64,000 nt of DNA from Eledone cirrhosa (Eukaryota). A program made the position numbers and the translations under genes. The notes below the pieces were generated by a model. It worked only from the letters and a program-made list of their open reading frames with translations, was not told where the DNA came from and searched no databases. Positions 23,800 to 34,612 of the stretch are shown in pieces; position 1 is the stretch's first letter, and each line of letters starts with the position of its first letter. The stretch spans positions 41,974,001 through 42,038,000 of the forward strand of contig OZ024744.1 of assembly GCA_964016885.1 (NCBI GenBank), given 5' to 3'.

Positions 23800-26700
23800 C
23801 AGACAATGGATGGACGGAGGCTCCATAAGCTGCAATGTAGGCAACTCGTCTAGGAGAGCTACCACTCCGAATAAATTGGTGCGGGGTAGAGAAGTCCCTA
23901 AGTCCAGTAAGACAACTTCCCTAGGGCTGGTGGCGCGAATAAAAACACCCAGCCCATGCTGTAATATGGAGGGGAGGATAGAGCCCCTGAGTCCAGTAAG
24001 ACAACCTCTCTAATGCTGGTGGCACGAATCAAAGCACCCAGTCCATGCTGTAAAATGGTGCTGGTGTTAGGAAGGGCATCCAACCAGTATAATAGATGCC
24101 AAAATTATGAGCACAACAAATAAGAATTGCAACAACTGTGTCAACAGCAACAACACTAACCATGTTAGGGCTGCGCATGGTAGTAGGGTGGCTGGTGCCG
24201 CCATGTGCGAGAACCCCACAACCGTCATCAAGCAATCGCACAACAGGAAAAAGAAGGGGACGTCGCATCTCAGAGTTGCCACACTTAATGTTGGCACTCT
24301 AACAGGTAGATCTGGTGAGATAGCGGAGATGCTGGAGAGAAGGCATGTGGATGTGTGCTGTATGCAAGAGGTGAGATGGAGAGGTGCCTCTGCAAGACTA
24401 ATCGCCGGCAAACATCGTAGTTATAAGCTTTTCAGGATGGGTAATGATGGGTTAGGTGGGGTGGGCATATTACTGGCTGAGAGATGGATCAATAAGACAA
24501 TAGAAGTAGTTAGAGTTAGTGATAGAATAATTAAGCTTAGATTAGTTGTAGGCAAGAGACTACTGACAATCATCTCTGCCTATGTTCCCCAGGTAGGCCT
24601 AGGTAAAGAAGAGAAAGACGGCATTTACGAGCAAAATTTACAGACAGCCTCAATGACAGAGGACAGAGACATCGTTATGCTAGCGGGGGACTTCAATGGA
24701 CATGTTGGACAGCTCCAGGATGGATACATTCGGGTACATTGTGTGCACGGTTACGGCTCAAAAAATGAAGGAGTGAGGTTTCTTGAATTTTGTGATGCAA
24801 ATGCACTAACCATTTGCAACACTAACTTCCAGAAGCCTACCAACCACCTAATAACCTGCAAATCAGGCGAGCGCGTAAGTCAGATTGACTTCTTGCTAGT
24901 TAGACAGCAAGACAGACGGATGGTGTCAAATAGTAAAGCATACCCTGGGGAAGAATGTACCCCACAGCATAGGTTAGTCGTTAGTGACATCTCAGTAAGC
25001 AAGAGAAAGAATGAGACATACAGGAAGGTGTGGAAAAGAAAGGTCTGGAAGCTAAAAGACCTTTCATTAAAATATAAATTTAACAAAGCCCTTCAAGGTG
25101 TGTATGACAAAAAAGAAGACGATTTAGAGTTGTATGACATAGATGATAAGTGGAATTTCTTGCGTGACAATTTCCTGCAGGCTACTGAAGAAACTTGTGG
25201 TTGGGGCAGAGCTTCAACCAGACAGAGAGTGACCTGGTGGTGGAACAGCATGGTAGATAGGGCCATTAGAGACAAAAGACTGGCTTGGAAACCTTGGAAA
25301 AATGGTGGGAAAAGAGACAGATACACATCCGCTAAGAGAGAAGCAAGATGTTAGGTGTACTTAGCATGCAGGGAGGCTGAGAGCAGGAGGTTTGCCAATG
25401 TTCTGCGACGGGAAGATCAGAGACGTTCCACATTGCAAGGCAGTGTGTCAGTGCAAATTAGAATGTTGTTGGAGATAAGTGTGTCCGGAATGATGCTGGT
25501 GTACTTAGTGTCACGAATGATCAAAAGAACGAGGCCTGGAAATGTAATTATGCAAGACTGATGAATGTGGAGAACGAATGGGACAGAGAGGAATTACCCC
25601 CAGTAGTCCCGACAGAGGGACCAGCTATTGAGATTGACGAATATAGGGTACAAGAGGCAATTAAGGAAATGAAGAATGGTAAGGCTGCTGGACCGTCGGG
25701 GATAGTTGCTGAGATGCTGAAGGCATCAGGTGAAGTAGGCACTAAACTAGTTACACGCATCATTAATCAAGCTATATATGGTAGTGTCATGCCCAAAGAC
25801 TGGTGCAGCAGTATTCTCATAAATTGCTACAAAGGTAAAGGGGATGCACTGGAGAGGAGCAATTATAGGGGTATAAAACTGATGGATCAGATTATGAAAG
25901 TGGCAGAAAGGATATTAGCACAACTAATTAGAGAAAGGGTCAAACTAGATAAGATGCAGTTTGGTTTTGTGCCTGAGAAGAGTACAACAGATGCCCTCTT
26001 CTTGGTGAGACAATTGCAAGAGAGGTTCTTAGAGAAAAATAAGCCACTATACTTAGCCTTTGTTGACCTAGAGAAGGCCTTTGATAGGGTACCCCAATCT
26101 GTCATCTGGTGGTCCCTAAAGAAACTAGGTGTTGAGGAATGGCTTGTGAGGACAGTGCAAGCTATATACAGGGGTGCTGTCAGTAAAGTGAGAATAGGAA
26201 TGGAGTTTAGTGAGGAATTCCAGAAACAAGTAGGTGTACATCAAGGTTCGGTCTTCAGCCCACTCTTGTTCATTATAGTCCTCCAAGCCATAACAGAGGA
26301 GTTTAAGACTGGATGCCCATGGGAACTTCTCTAAGCTGATGGTCTGGTTCTTATAGCAGAATCAGTAGAGGAGCTAGAGAATAAATTCTGGCTATGGAAA
26401 CAGCAGTTGGAATCAAGAGGCCTGAAAGTGAACATAGTGTTGATAAGTAGAAGAGAGGACAATACTCTGATTCCATCAGGGAAATGGCCATGTTCGATAT
26501 GTAGGAAAGGAACTGGCATAAACTCCATAAAATGTACGCAATGCAGAGCTTAGGTACACAAAAGATGTAGTGGGATAGCAGGCAAAATAACAGTTAGGGA
26601 AAACTACGTATGCAGTAGATGTACAGGGAAAGTTGGCAGTATTAATCGCAGTGATAGACACATTTTTCCAATGCAGGTAGGTTCTATAGAAGTGGTTGAT

Positions 26701-27320
26701 AGCTTCCGGTACCTAGGTGGTTAGATTACCATGGGAGGGGGTGTTCCGAGGCCATAGTATCTAGAATAAGGACGAGTTAGAAGAAGTTTAGGGAGCTGCT
26801 TCCTCTGTTGACAAAGAAGGGTTTCTCCCTGCGTCCGAAAGGACAGTTATATGATGCCTGTGTGAGATGCGCGATGCTGCATGGTAGTGAGACATGGGCA
26901 TCAACTGCAGAAGATCTGCAACAGCTGGAGAGAAATGAAGCAAATATGCGCCATTGGATGTGAAATGTCAATGTGCGTGAACCACCAAGCATAGACGAGT
27001 TGAGAAAGAAACTGGGTATAGGAGGGATAAGTTGTGGTGTGCAGGAGAGAAGACTAAGATGGTATGGACATGTGATGCGCATAGAGGTTGACCGATGGGT
27101 GAAGAAGTGCCAGGAAGTCTCAGTGGAGGGAAGACGCCGTAGAGGTAGACCACGAAAAACATGGGCGGAGGTGGTGAGAGCAGACCTCAGATCTCTGAAA
27201 CTCACTGGGGAGATGACAAAGACCATGACAAGTGGAGAGATGCTGTGCTGAATATGACCCGTCCAACCCTTGCAAGCAGGGAAAAGCGGGCGTAAAATCA
27301 TGATGATGATGATCATCATC
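23800..27320 (+). mobile_element. Decayed RTE-clade LINE
   Basis: APE endonuclease plus RT in one disrupted reading frame; short 3' UTR with (GAT)n/(CAT)n tail. Confidence 0.9.
24107..27251 (+). pseudogene. RTE APE endonuclease-reverse transcriptase with multiple stops and frameshifts
   Basis: ATLNVGTL, QEVRW, GDFNGHVG, QIDF, HRLV; KAAGPSG, NYRGIKL, QFGF, FVDLEKAFD, GVHQGS; YADD mutated to *ADG; RLRWYGHV, RGRPRKTW. Confidence 0.9.
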
Positions 27321-27864
27321 ATATATATATATAGAAATATATATATATACACACACATACAAATATAATTTCAGAGTGTATTTCAGAGGGGCCAAAAGCA
27401 AAACGAAACGCAATCTTCGAGATATGCGTTCAATGGACTAAAAGAAGACCAGAGCAATTAATATACGTTATAAAGGCCAGATAAAATGAAAACAGTGGTC
27501 GTGAAGCCATCAGCCACCGGAGCCAAAAAAAAGAAGCAAGCTAAACAGGTTAACAAAAGAATTTACCTGGACCTCCTGGAAAGTGTTGGTAAAATCTAGT
27601 GGGAGGTTTCTGTGATTTCTAAATCAATTATACTGCCTGCTTTCGTAGTAAGCTTTTGGTATAACGATCGAACAAGGTAGCCATTTCGTCAACGGGTATT
27701 TCGTTCTCAGCCAGCTACCGGGTTGCAATGCAGTAGTAGTGAAGTAACTACCCCACGTATTTACCCTGCAAGTGAGGCAACCCCAGTTTTTGGCAGGTCC
27801 CATTCAAAATATGTAAATGTATTGCAAAATGTATGTTTGTACATATGCATATATGTATGTATGT

Positions 27865-28323
27865 ATTCAAAATGGGGGTGTGCAGGACAAAGATAATGGA
27901 TAAAATAACAAAAGGATGGCTAGACCCAACCCCTTAATCAATCTCTGGAAATCACTATGGTTTTGGTACATTAAGGTTAATACTGTTCATTCCAGTACAC
28001 AATTGGACATAACAAAACAGCTAGAGACAAGTTGTGTCTTTAGGCAAATTATACAAATACAGAAAAAAAAGAGAGCTTAGTCAGGGAGGGGGGTTATAGA
28101 AAGGAGATAATAGTAAAATAAAAGAGATTAATAAAGACTGTAGTCCAACGTGCAGACAAAGAAGAATGTCACTGAGGCGTAGAAAAAGTAAGAAGGGAGA
28201 ATATAGAAAGACAGACAATCCCATCTCCTCAGTCAACCTCTGGAAATCACTACGGTTTCAGTACATTGAGATGTGACTGTCTGTCTTTCCATTGTCTTTG
28301 TCTTGTGCATCCTCTATTTTGAA
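27865..28323. mobile_element. Small element with ~35-bp inverted ends and an internal duplicated motif
   Basis: ttcaaaatgggggtgtgcaggacaaagataatgga vs tccattgtctttgtcttgtgcatcctctattttgaa; ctctggaaatcacta.ggttt occurs twice. Confidence 0.45.
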
Positions 28324-28366
28324 TTTATATTCTAAAGACTTAGTCATTTGGGCTTTTTTTTAAACT

Positions 28367-28431
<65 letters not shown>

Positions 28432-28593
28432 ACTTGCCTCTAAAAAACTTTTCTTTTTGTTTCCGATTTTTTTTCCACTTCTGATTTTTCCGATTTTTCT
28501 GATGTTCCATTTTCAATTTAATTTTATTTCTATTTTTCTCACTAACTCCCACTTGACTCCTTCTCGGAGTTTCTCCCCCCCCCCTCGCCACTC

Positions 28594-28625
28594 TCCTGAA
28601 TAAGAGCTTATGCCCGAAACGTCGC
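28594..28625 (+). ncRNA. Degenerate minimal hammerhead (13092 family)
   Basis: CTGAATA-agagcttatgccc-GAAACGTC; core and stem II mutated. Confidence 0.45.
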
Positions 28626-28684
28626 AATCATACACCCCACTCTCACCAAGCGTGAAACTAATAATATTTGTAAAAAAAACATTA

Positions 28685-28793
28685 GCTGCTGCTACTCCAC
28701 GTCATCTTAAGTTCTGGTTACTATTTGCTGGTACACGACCCGTGTAGCAGTAAATAGTGACCAGAACTTAAGATGACGTGGTGTAGCAGCAGC
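28685..28793. repeat. ~109-bp near-perfect hairpin
   Basis: gctgctgctactccacgtcatcttaagttctggttactatttgctg pairs with cagtaaatagtgaccagaacttaagatgacgtggtgtagcagcagc. Confidence 0.85.
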
Positions 28794-29203
28794 CAATGGC
28801 ATGACAAGAGTGGAAGAGGTTTTTTGAAGGTGTTTTTTTTTTATGATAACACCCCAGTGATAAAATTTGCTCCGAACGAACTACCCGTGTCCGAAGGAAA
28901 CTGCAGCCGTAGAATCAGCCAGATCGATACAGGGACCATGACTCGAGCTACCTGCCAGCGAAACAATTGTAACACGCAATAAACTGAGTCCAGATGCATC
29001 ACTGATTTTTTCGTTTTTTTATACTATCCACACTCTACTCTGTTGAATATTGAGTGGTAATTTTGGCATACCGCCTATGGAAGCAGCATAGCTACCATTA
29101 TACACAAGTATATATATATACGTTATTCCGGGTTGAATCTGAGGTAACCACAGTAAGTAAGGTACTCAATACATAGCAGAGTATAAAAGTTTTAATATAG
29201 ATG

Positions 29204-29254
29204 AGATTCTACAGGACTAGAACTGTTTCATTCTTTAGAAATCATCAGGAATCT
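29204..29254 (-). ncRNA. Type I hammerhead in a PLE-like remnant (~29120-29685)
   Basis: AGATTC-CTGATGA-tTTC(taaa)GAAt-GAAACAG(ttctagtc)CTGTA-GAATCT; GUA site. Confidence 0.75.
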
Positions 29255-29747
29255 GGGTATCAAAAAATAAATATGGTATTTATAGGCCTCTTCAGGTGGT
29301 AGGAGAGGGTAGGGAGTGGGATGGGTAGAGGTCATTGGTTGAAAGAAAAGGGAATTCATTAAAAGCTAATTCTTTAAAGCTATAATTTATATTTAGAGTA
29401 ACAAAGACAGAAAGAATTCTACAAACAAGTTCAGAATGTGGTGCCACTCCTTATTTTGAAGTTTCTCTTAAGCTAACAATGCCTATATTTCAAGTGACTA
29501 TAAGATCGTTGGGGTCAGTCATGGTTGATGGATTTAAAGAAAAGGGAAATACTTTAAAAGGTAATTCTTTAAGGTTCTACTAAGAGTGACAAAGGCCTTG
29601 AGAATTCTATAGACCAGTTCAAAATATTGAGTGCCTATCATACCATTATCTTCAAGTTTCTCTTAAGCTATATTCCAAATGTCAACAGACACATTCACAA
29701 ACACACACACATACATATATACATGTATATATATATATACATACTAG

Positions 29748-29836
<89 letters not shown>

Positions 29837-29852
29837 ATATATGCACACATGC

Positions 29853-29934
<82 letters not shown>

Positions 29935-30464
29935 ATATTTGGGGAGGGTCATATTTGCGTAATATTGCCAGAATTAATAACAGAACACACTCACTGTTTG
30001 GTTGGTTTTCGCTTCTCGCTGTCTTTTATATATATATATCTGCGATCTAACTTACTCGGTCCTCAATGTTGCCATTGACTGACCGGCGGTCAAAAATAAT
30101 ACAGATACAATATAGACAAACACATATATATATAGTTTACATAATTTACATAAATCTTTCGTTGCACATCTGCAACATCGTCAGTGGTGTTATATTCATT
30201 GTTCCTCCTGTTGTGTTGTATGTCTACGCCATTTTTTTTTTGTTCAGTCTGTCTATATATTTATTTATTTATTTGCTTGTTTGTTTATCTTATTTTATTT
30301 TGTCTTCTTTGCGCATGCGTTTGCGTGTGTGTATAGTGTTATGTGTGACTAGTGTGACTAGTGTGTATAGTGTTGTGTCTGCTGGGTGACTAGTGTGTGT
30401 TTATGTGCTTGTGTATGTATTTATTTATCTTATTTTATTTATTTTATTTAATTTACTTATTTAT

Positions 30465-33400
30465 TTATACTTCTCTTAGGTCAGTGTTGTTTGTTTGGGT
30501 GTTGTTGTTGTTCCACTCATTCTTTCTGTTTAGCTTTGGTCTTCTAATTTCTATTTCACTGGCCTCTCTGATTTGCCTATCTGCTGGGTCATTCCTATGT
30601 TTAGATATTATTCTAATTTCTATGTTGTCTATGTTACCGTCATGTTGTTGTCTAGCATGTTCGTATAGTACTGACCCGTTTTTTCGTCCTTTTAGTTCCC
30701 CCCAGTGTTGGTCTATCCTTTCACCTATGCTACGAGCTGTCTCACCTATGTATGTTGTTGTCGTGTTTCTGCAAGTACCCTCTGTACATCTTATGCTATA
30801 GACTACGTTTCTAGTTTTACAGTTTATCCGGGGGTTCACCTTACATATGATACATTTCCTATTGGTACAGTGGGTTTTCTTAAAAGGGTAGGTTTTGCTG
30901 ATCAGGGATTTTATGGTGGTTCCTGGCTTTTCTACCACCTTTATTTTTAAGTGGGTCTTTCTCAGGGCCTTTCTACACTGGTTAGCTAATTTCCCTCCAG
31001 GGGTGGCGTCCACAAACATGACACTCTGATATCTCTGGTTGTCGTACCATGATGTGGCCTTCCCTATCTTATGTCTAGCCCTATCTAAGCTATTCCATGA
31101 TTTGCTCCTGTATAGTGGGCAAATTCCTTTCATGTCCAGTTCTATGAGGGTCTTATACTTTTCCATGGCTCCTTCGTATACTCTGACTCTGTCTCTTTGG
31201 TTGTAGCCAGAGAACTGCATGCGGTTGATGAAGTGTTGGATGTGTCCTTCCATTTCTGTTGGGTCGCACATGCTGGACACATTCTTCATCACTCGTACCA
31301 AATCTGCGATCAGAATATTAAACTTAGCACTACTGGACATTGCTGAGTTTTTGAGTATCAGGTATTTGGAGGCCATGGGTTTAGCATAGTGTGAGTGGAG
31401 AATTTGGGCTCTCTCGTCTATAGTGTTAATCCAGAGTTCTGTGTCTAATACAGGTAGTCTATTGTTAGGGTGTTTGGAAGGGAAGTCTATAGTTACAGTT
31501 ATACTCTGGTGTATGGAATTAGCTATCTGCTGGATGCTTTCCATCGTGCTACGTTCTAAATCAAACTTGTTAGTGCTCTCTAGTGGGGGTGTTCTTATAA
31601 CTATATTGATATCGTCTACATAACGAGAGTACATGATGAGGTCTATGGAGCTTTCATTAAGGAGGAGATCTTTAAGTCTCCTTTCCCACCATACCATGAA
31701 AAGGTTGGCAACATCACCAGCTATGCTGACGCCGATGGCTGCTCCCTCATTTTGGGTGTAGATTTTCTCATTGAACTTAAATATGTGGCCCTTTAGGGTA
31801 GTTTTGATACTAGCCCCTATTGCATGTGCGACCATTTTTCTTACCTGATCAGTGTTTTGGGGGGTCCGTATAGCTTTGGTCCACCCAATCCACCTTCCTA
31901 TGGGAGTCTTTTTAGCCATTGAGGTTATGGTGGGGGGTCTACCTCTTATAGGTCTACTAGGGCAGAAACATCTAAGGTCATGGCTGTCTAGGTAGTCAGT
32001 GTCGTAGGTAAGTCTAAGTAGGAGGCCCAGTTCGTCTGTGTCGACGTCGCAGAACTCCACCTCACTCTCAATGATCATCTCCACACATCTTTTCACAGCA
32101 AAATCAATGTTAATGGATGGGTACAGTGACACCACATCCATGCTGCCTATTATGCAGTTGGATAGGCTCCTGTTTTTGTTGCACTCACTGATTCTGCTGA
32201 GGAGGTCCTCTGTACTTTCACATACATCTGGGGACATCTTGATTATGGGGCGTATAACCATTGAGAGGAAGTAGGAGATCCTGTAGTTGCTAGCTATATT
32301 AGCTCCGCATACGGGTCTTGTTGGTGGTCCTGTTGTCGGGTCGTCGACTGTCTTGTGGTCTTTGCGGAGCCCATACAAGGGTGGTATGCCATTGTTAGAC
32401 GCCTGGAAGTTGTTGGCAGTGCGTCTGCTTGGCTTTAGGATGTCAGTCCACATCATCATGTGAGCGTTGAGGATTTTTTCTCTCCCATCGTGTGTTAGTT
32501 GTGCAACTTCGCTCGTGTTGGTGATGTGGGGTTGCATTGCCTCGATGTAGTTCGGCATGCTATCTATTGACATCCTACCAGACTTATCTGTGGGTAGACA
32601 CACTACCTCACCATCCCTTGTGCGCTGCTTGAGGCTAACCAAGCCTTCTACAGGTTTTATCCCAAGTTGTTGGGCCTCTGGTCTGCTCTGTCTCATAGTG
32701 TACCTGTCTACTACTTGTCTAATCTTATTTCTAGCTATGGTGAACTGTGCCTCCGTCTCGTCATCTATTTGCTGTGGTATGCAAACTCTTTTATTAAAGG
32801 GTAACCTCGTAGGATAGATATTACCCATCTTATATGTTTTGTCAGCTGGGTTGAAAAATAGTTTCTCTAAGGGGTTGTCGTTATTTCTATCGTCATAGTT
32901 GTGTGTGTTGCTATTATTGTTATCATGGTGGTTGTTGTTGTTTCTATCATTAGCATTAATATTATTATTGTTATGATTGCTAGATGTATTGTTGTTTACT
33001 TCACCGTTATTGTTGTTGTTGTTACTGCTATTTCTACCATTGTGGTTGTTACTATTATTATGTTTCTTGTTTTTGTTGATGTTGCTACATGTACTATTTC
33101 CATTATTACCACTGTGGTTATTGTTGTTGTTGTTGTTCGTATTGTTACCGTTATTACTACTGTGGTCACTGTTGCTGTGTCTGTGGTTAACGTTTCTATT
33201 ATTATTATTATTGTGGTTGTTGTTGTTCTGTCTATCGCTAGTATTATTACTATTATCACTATTTCTCACTTTCCTGCCATTGTTATGGTTATGGCTGTTA
33301 TTTCTATACCCAGAGTTATTGTTTATATTACTACTACCGTTATTATTGTTGTTGTTGTTTACCTTTGCATTCCAACGTATTTTTGTGAAACACTTTTCCA

Positions 33401-34100
33401 GCTCCGTTTTGCATTCCATAGGGTTAATCTTTTTGTAGATGGCAAATTTTGGTGGGAACTTTAGGATTTGTTGTTCTTGTTCACTGATTAAAGTGTTCCC
33501 ATAGATATTTACTGTGTGGTCATTGGTAAATTCTTCCGGTAGTTTTACATCACTCATACGGATGTTGTCGATGTTATCTGGGTATTTTTGAGAATATTCG
33601 ATTTTCCTTTCTTGTAGTTTTTTCTTATTCATCCATTCTAATTTCTTCTTGAAATGCCTACAGCATTCGTTTTGAGCATATTTCGTTTCGCGTCGGATGA
33701 CGCTCATGAAGTCATCTCTCTCGTTTGCTGTGATGAGATTTCGGATTTCCTTACCGTTGATGCGTTTTTGTCTGTAGAGTGCGTTGACTTTTGTGTATGT
33801 TGTTCTTTTCATATTAACTGTTATTGTGTGTTTTAGCCGTTCAGCTTGTGTTTTGTTCAATAATAAATTATTTACTTGTTTTGATATGTTTGTTGTGTAT
33901 GTTTTGGAGGAAACACAGTGTTTTAAGAAGCGGATTTGTTCTGTTGTTATTGTAGTTTTTATATAACAGAAAACAGTGTCTTTCAATAACCTTTCAGCTT
34001 GGCACAAGCTAATGCCATAGCGGCGATGAATTAGTTTTGCGAGGTTTTTTATATGAAATCGTGTGTCGAAACAGATATTGTTATATTTGGAGAGGGTCAT
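30465..34100 (-). CDS. Neptune-like PLE RT-GIY-YIG protein, 1211 aa, intact
   Basis: DKSG, LYGLRKDHK, SMDVVSLYPSI, GAAIG..ANLFM, RYVDD, LPVLD, Cys linker C..KCIIC..NC, VVY..YIGET, R..QH, RQIREA, LN. Confidence 0.92.
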   Translation of the reverse strand: MTLSKYNNICFDTRFHIKNLAKLIHRRYGISLCQAERLLKDTVFCYIKTTITTEQIRFLKHCVSSKTYTTNISKQVNNLLLNKTQAERLKHTITVNMKRTTYTKVNALYRQKRINGKEIRNLITANERDDFMSVIRRETKYAQNECCRHFKKKLEWMNKKKLQERKIEYSQKYPDNIDNIRMSDVKLPEEFTNDHTVNIYGNTLISEQEQQILKFPPKFAIYKKINPMECKTELEKCFTKIRWNAKVNNNNNNNGSSNINNNSGYRNNSHNHNNGRKVRNSDNSNNTSDRQNNNNHNNNNNRNVNHRHSNSDHSSNNGNNTNNNNNNNHSGNNGNSTCSNINKNKKHNNSNNHNGRNSSNNNNNNGEVNNNTSSNHNNNNINANDRNNNNHHDNNNSNTHNYDDRNNDNPLEKLFFNPADKTYKMGNIYPTRLPFNKRVCIPQQIDDETEAQFTIARNKIRQVVDRYTMRQSRPEAQQLGIKPVEGLVSLKQRTRDGEVVCLPTDKSGRMSIDSMPNYIEAMQPHITNTSEVAQLTHDGREKILNAHMMMWTDILKPSRRTANNFQASNNGIPPLYGLRKDHKTVDDPTTGPPTRPVCGANIASNYRISYFLSMVIRPIIKMSPDVCESTEDLLSRISECNKNRSLSNCIIGSMDVVSLYPSINIDFAVKRCVEMIIESEVEFCDVDTDELGLLLRLTYDTDYLDSHDLRCFCPSRPIRGRPPTITSMAKKTPIGRWIGWTKAIRTPQNTDQVRKMVAHAIGASIKTTLKGHIFKFNEKIYTQNEGAAIGVSIAGDVANLFMVWWERRLKDLLLNESSIDLIMYSRYVDDINIVIRTPPLESTNKFDLERSTMESIQQIANSIHQSITVTIDFPSKHPNNRLPVLDTELWINTIDERAQILHSHYAKPMASKYLILKNSAMSSSAKFNILIADLVRVMKNVSSMCDPTEMEGHIQHFINRMQFSGYNQRDRVRVYEGAMEKYKTLIELDMKGICPLYRSKSWNSLDRARHKIGKATSWYDNQRYQSVMFVDATPGGKLANQCRKALRKTHLKIKVVEKPGTTIKSLISKTYPFKKTHCTNRKCIICKVNPRINCKTRNVVYSIRCTEGTCRNTTTTYIGETARSIGERIDQHWGELKGRKNGSVLYEHARQQHDGNIDNIEIRIISKHRNDPADRQIREASEIEIRRPKLNRKNEWNNNNTQTNNTDLREV

Positions 34101-34612
34101 ATTTGCGTAATATTGCCAGAATTAATAACAGAACACACTCACTGTTTGGTTGGTTTTCGCTTCTCGCTGTCTTTTATATATATATATCTGCGATCTAACT
34201 TACTCGGTCCTCAATGTTGCCATTGACTGACCGGCGGTCAAAAATAATACAGATACAATATAGACAAACACATATATATATAGTTTACATAATTTACATA
34301 AATCTTTCGTTGCACATCTGCAACATCGTCAGTGGTGTTATATTCATTGTTCCTCCTGTTGTGTTGTATGTCTACGCCATTTTTTTTTTGTTCAGTCTGT
34401 CTATATATTTATTTATTTATTTGCTTGTTTGTTTATCTTATTTTATTTTGTCTTCTTTGCGCATGCGTTTGCGTGTGTGTATAGTGTTATGTGTGACTAG
34501 TGTGACTAGTGTGTATAGTGTTGTGTCTGCTGGGTGACTAGTGTGTGTTTATGTGCTTGTGTATGTATTTATTTATCTTATTTTATTTATTTTATTTAAT
34601 TTACTTATTTAT

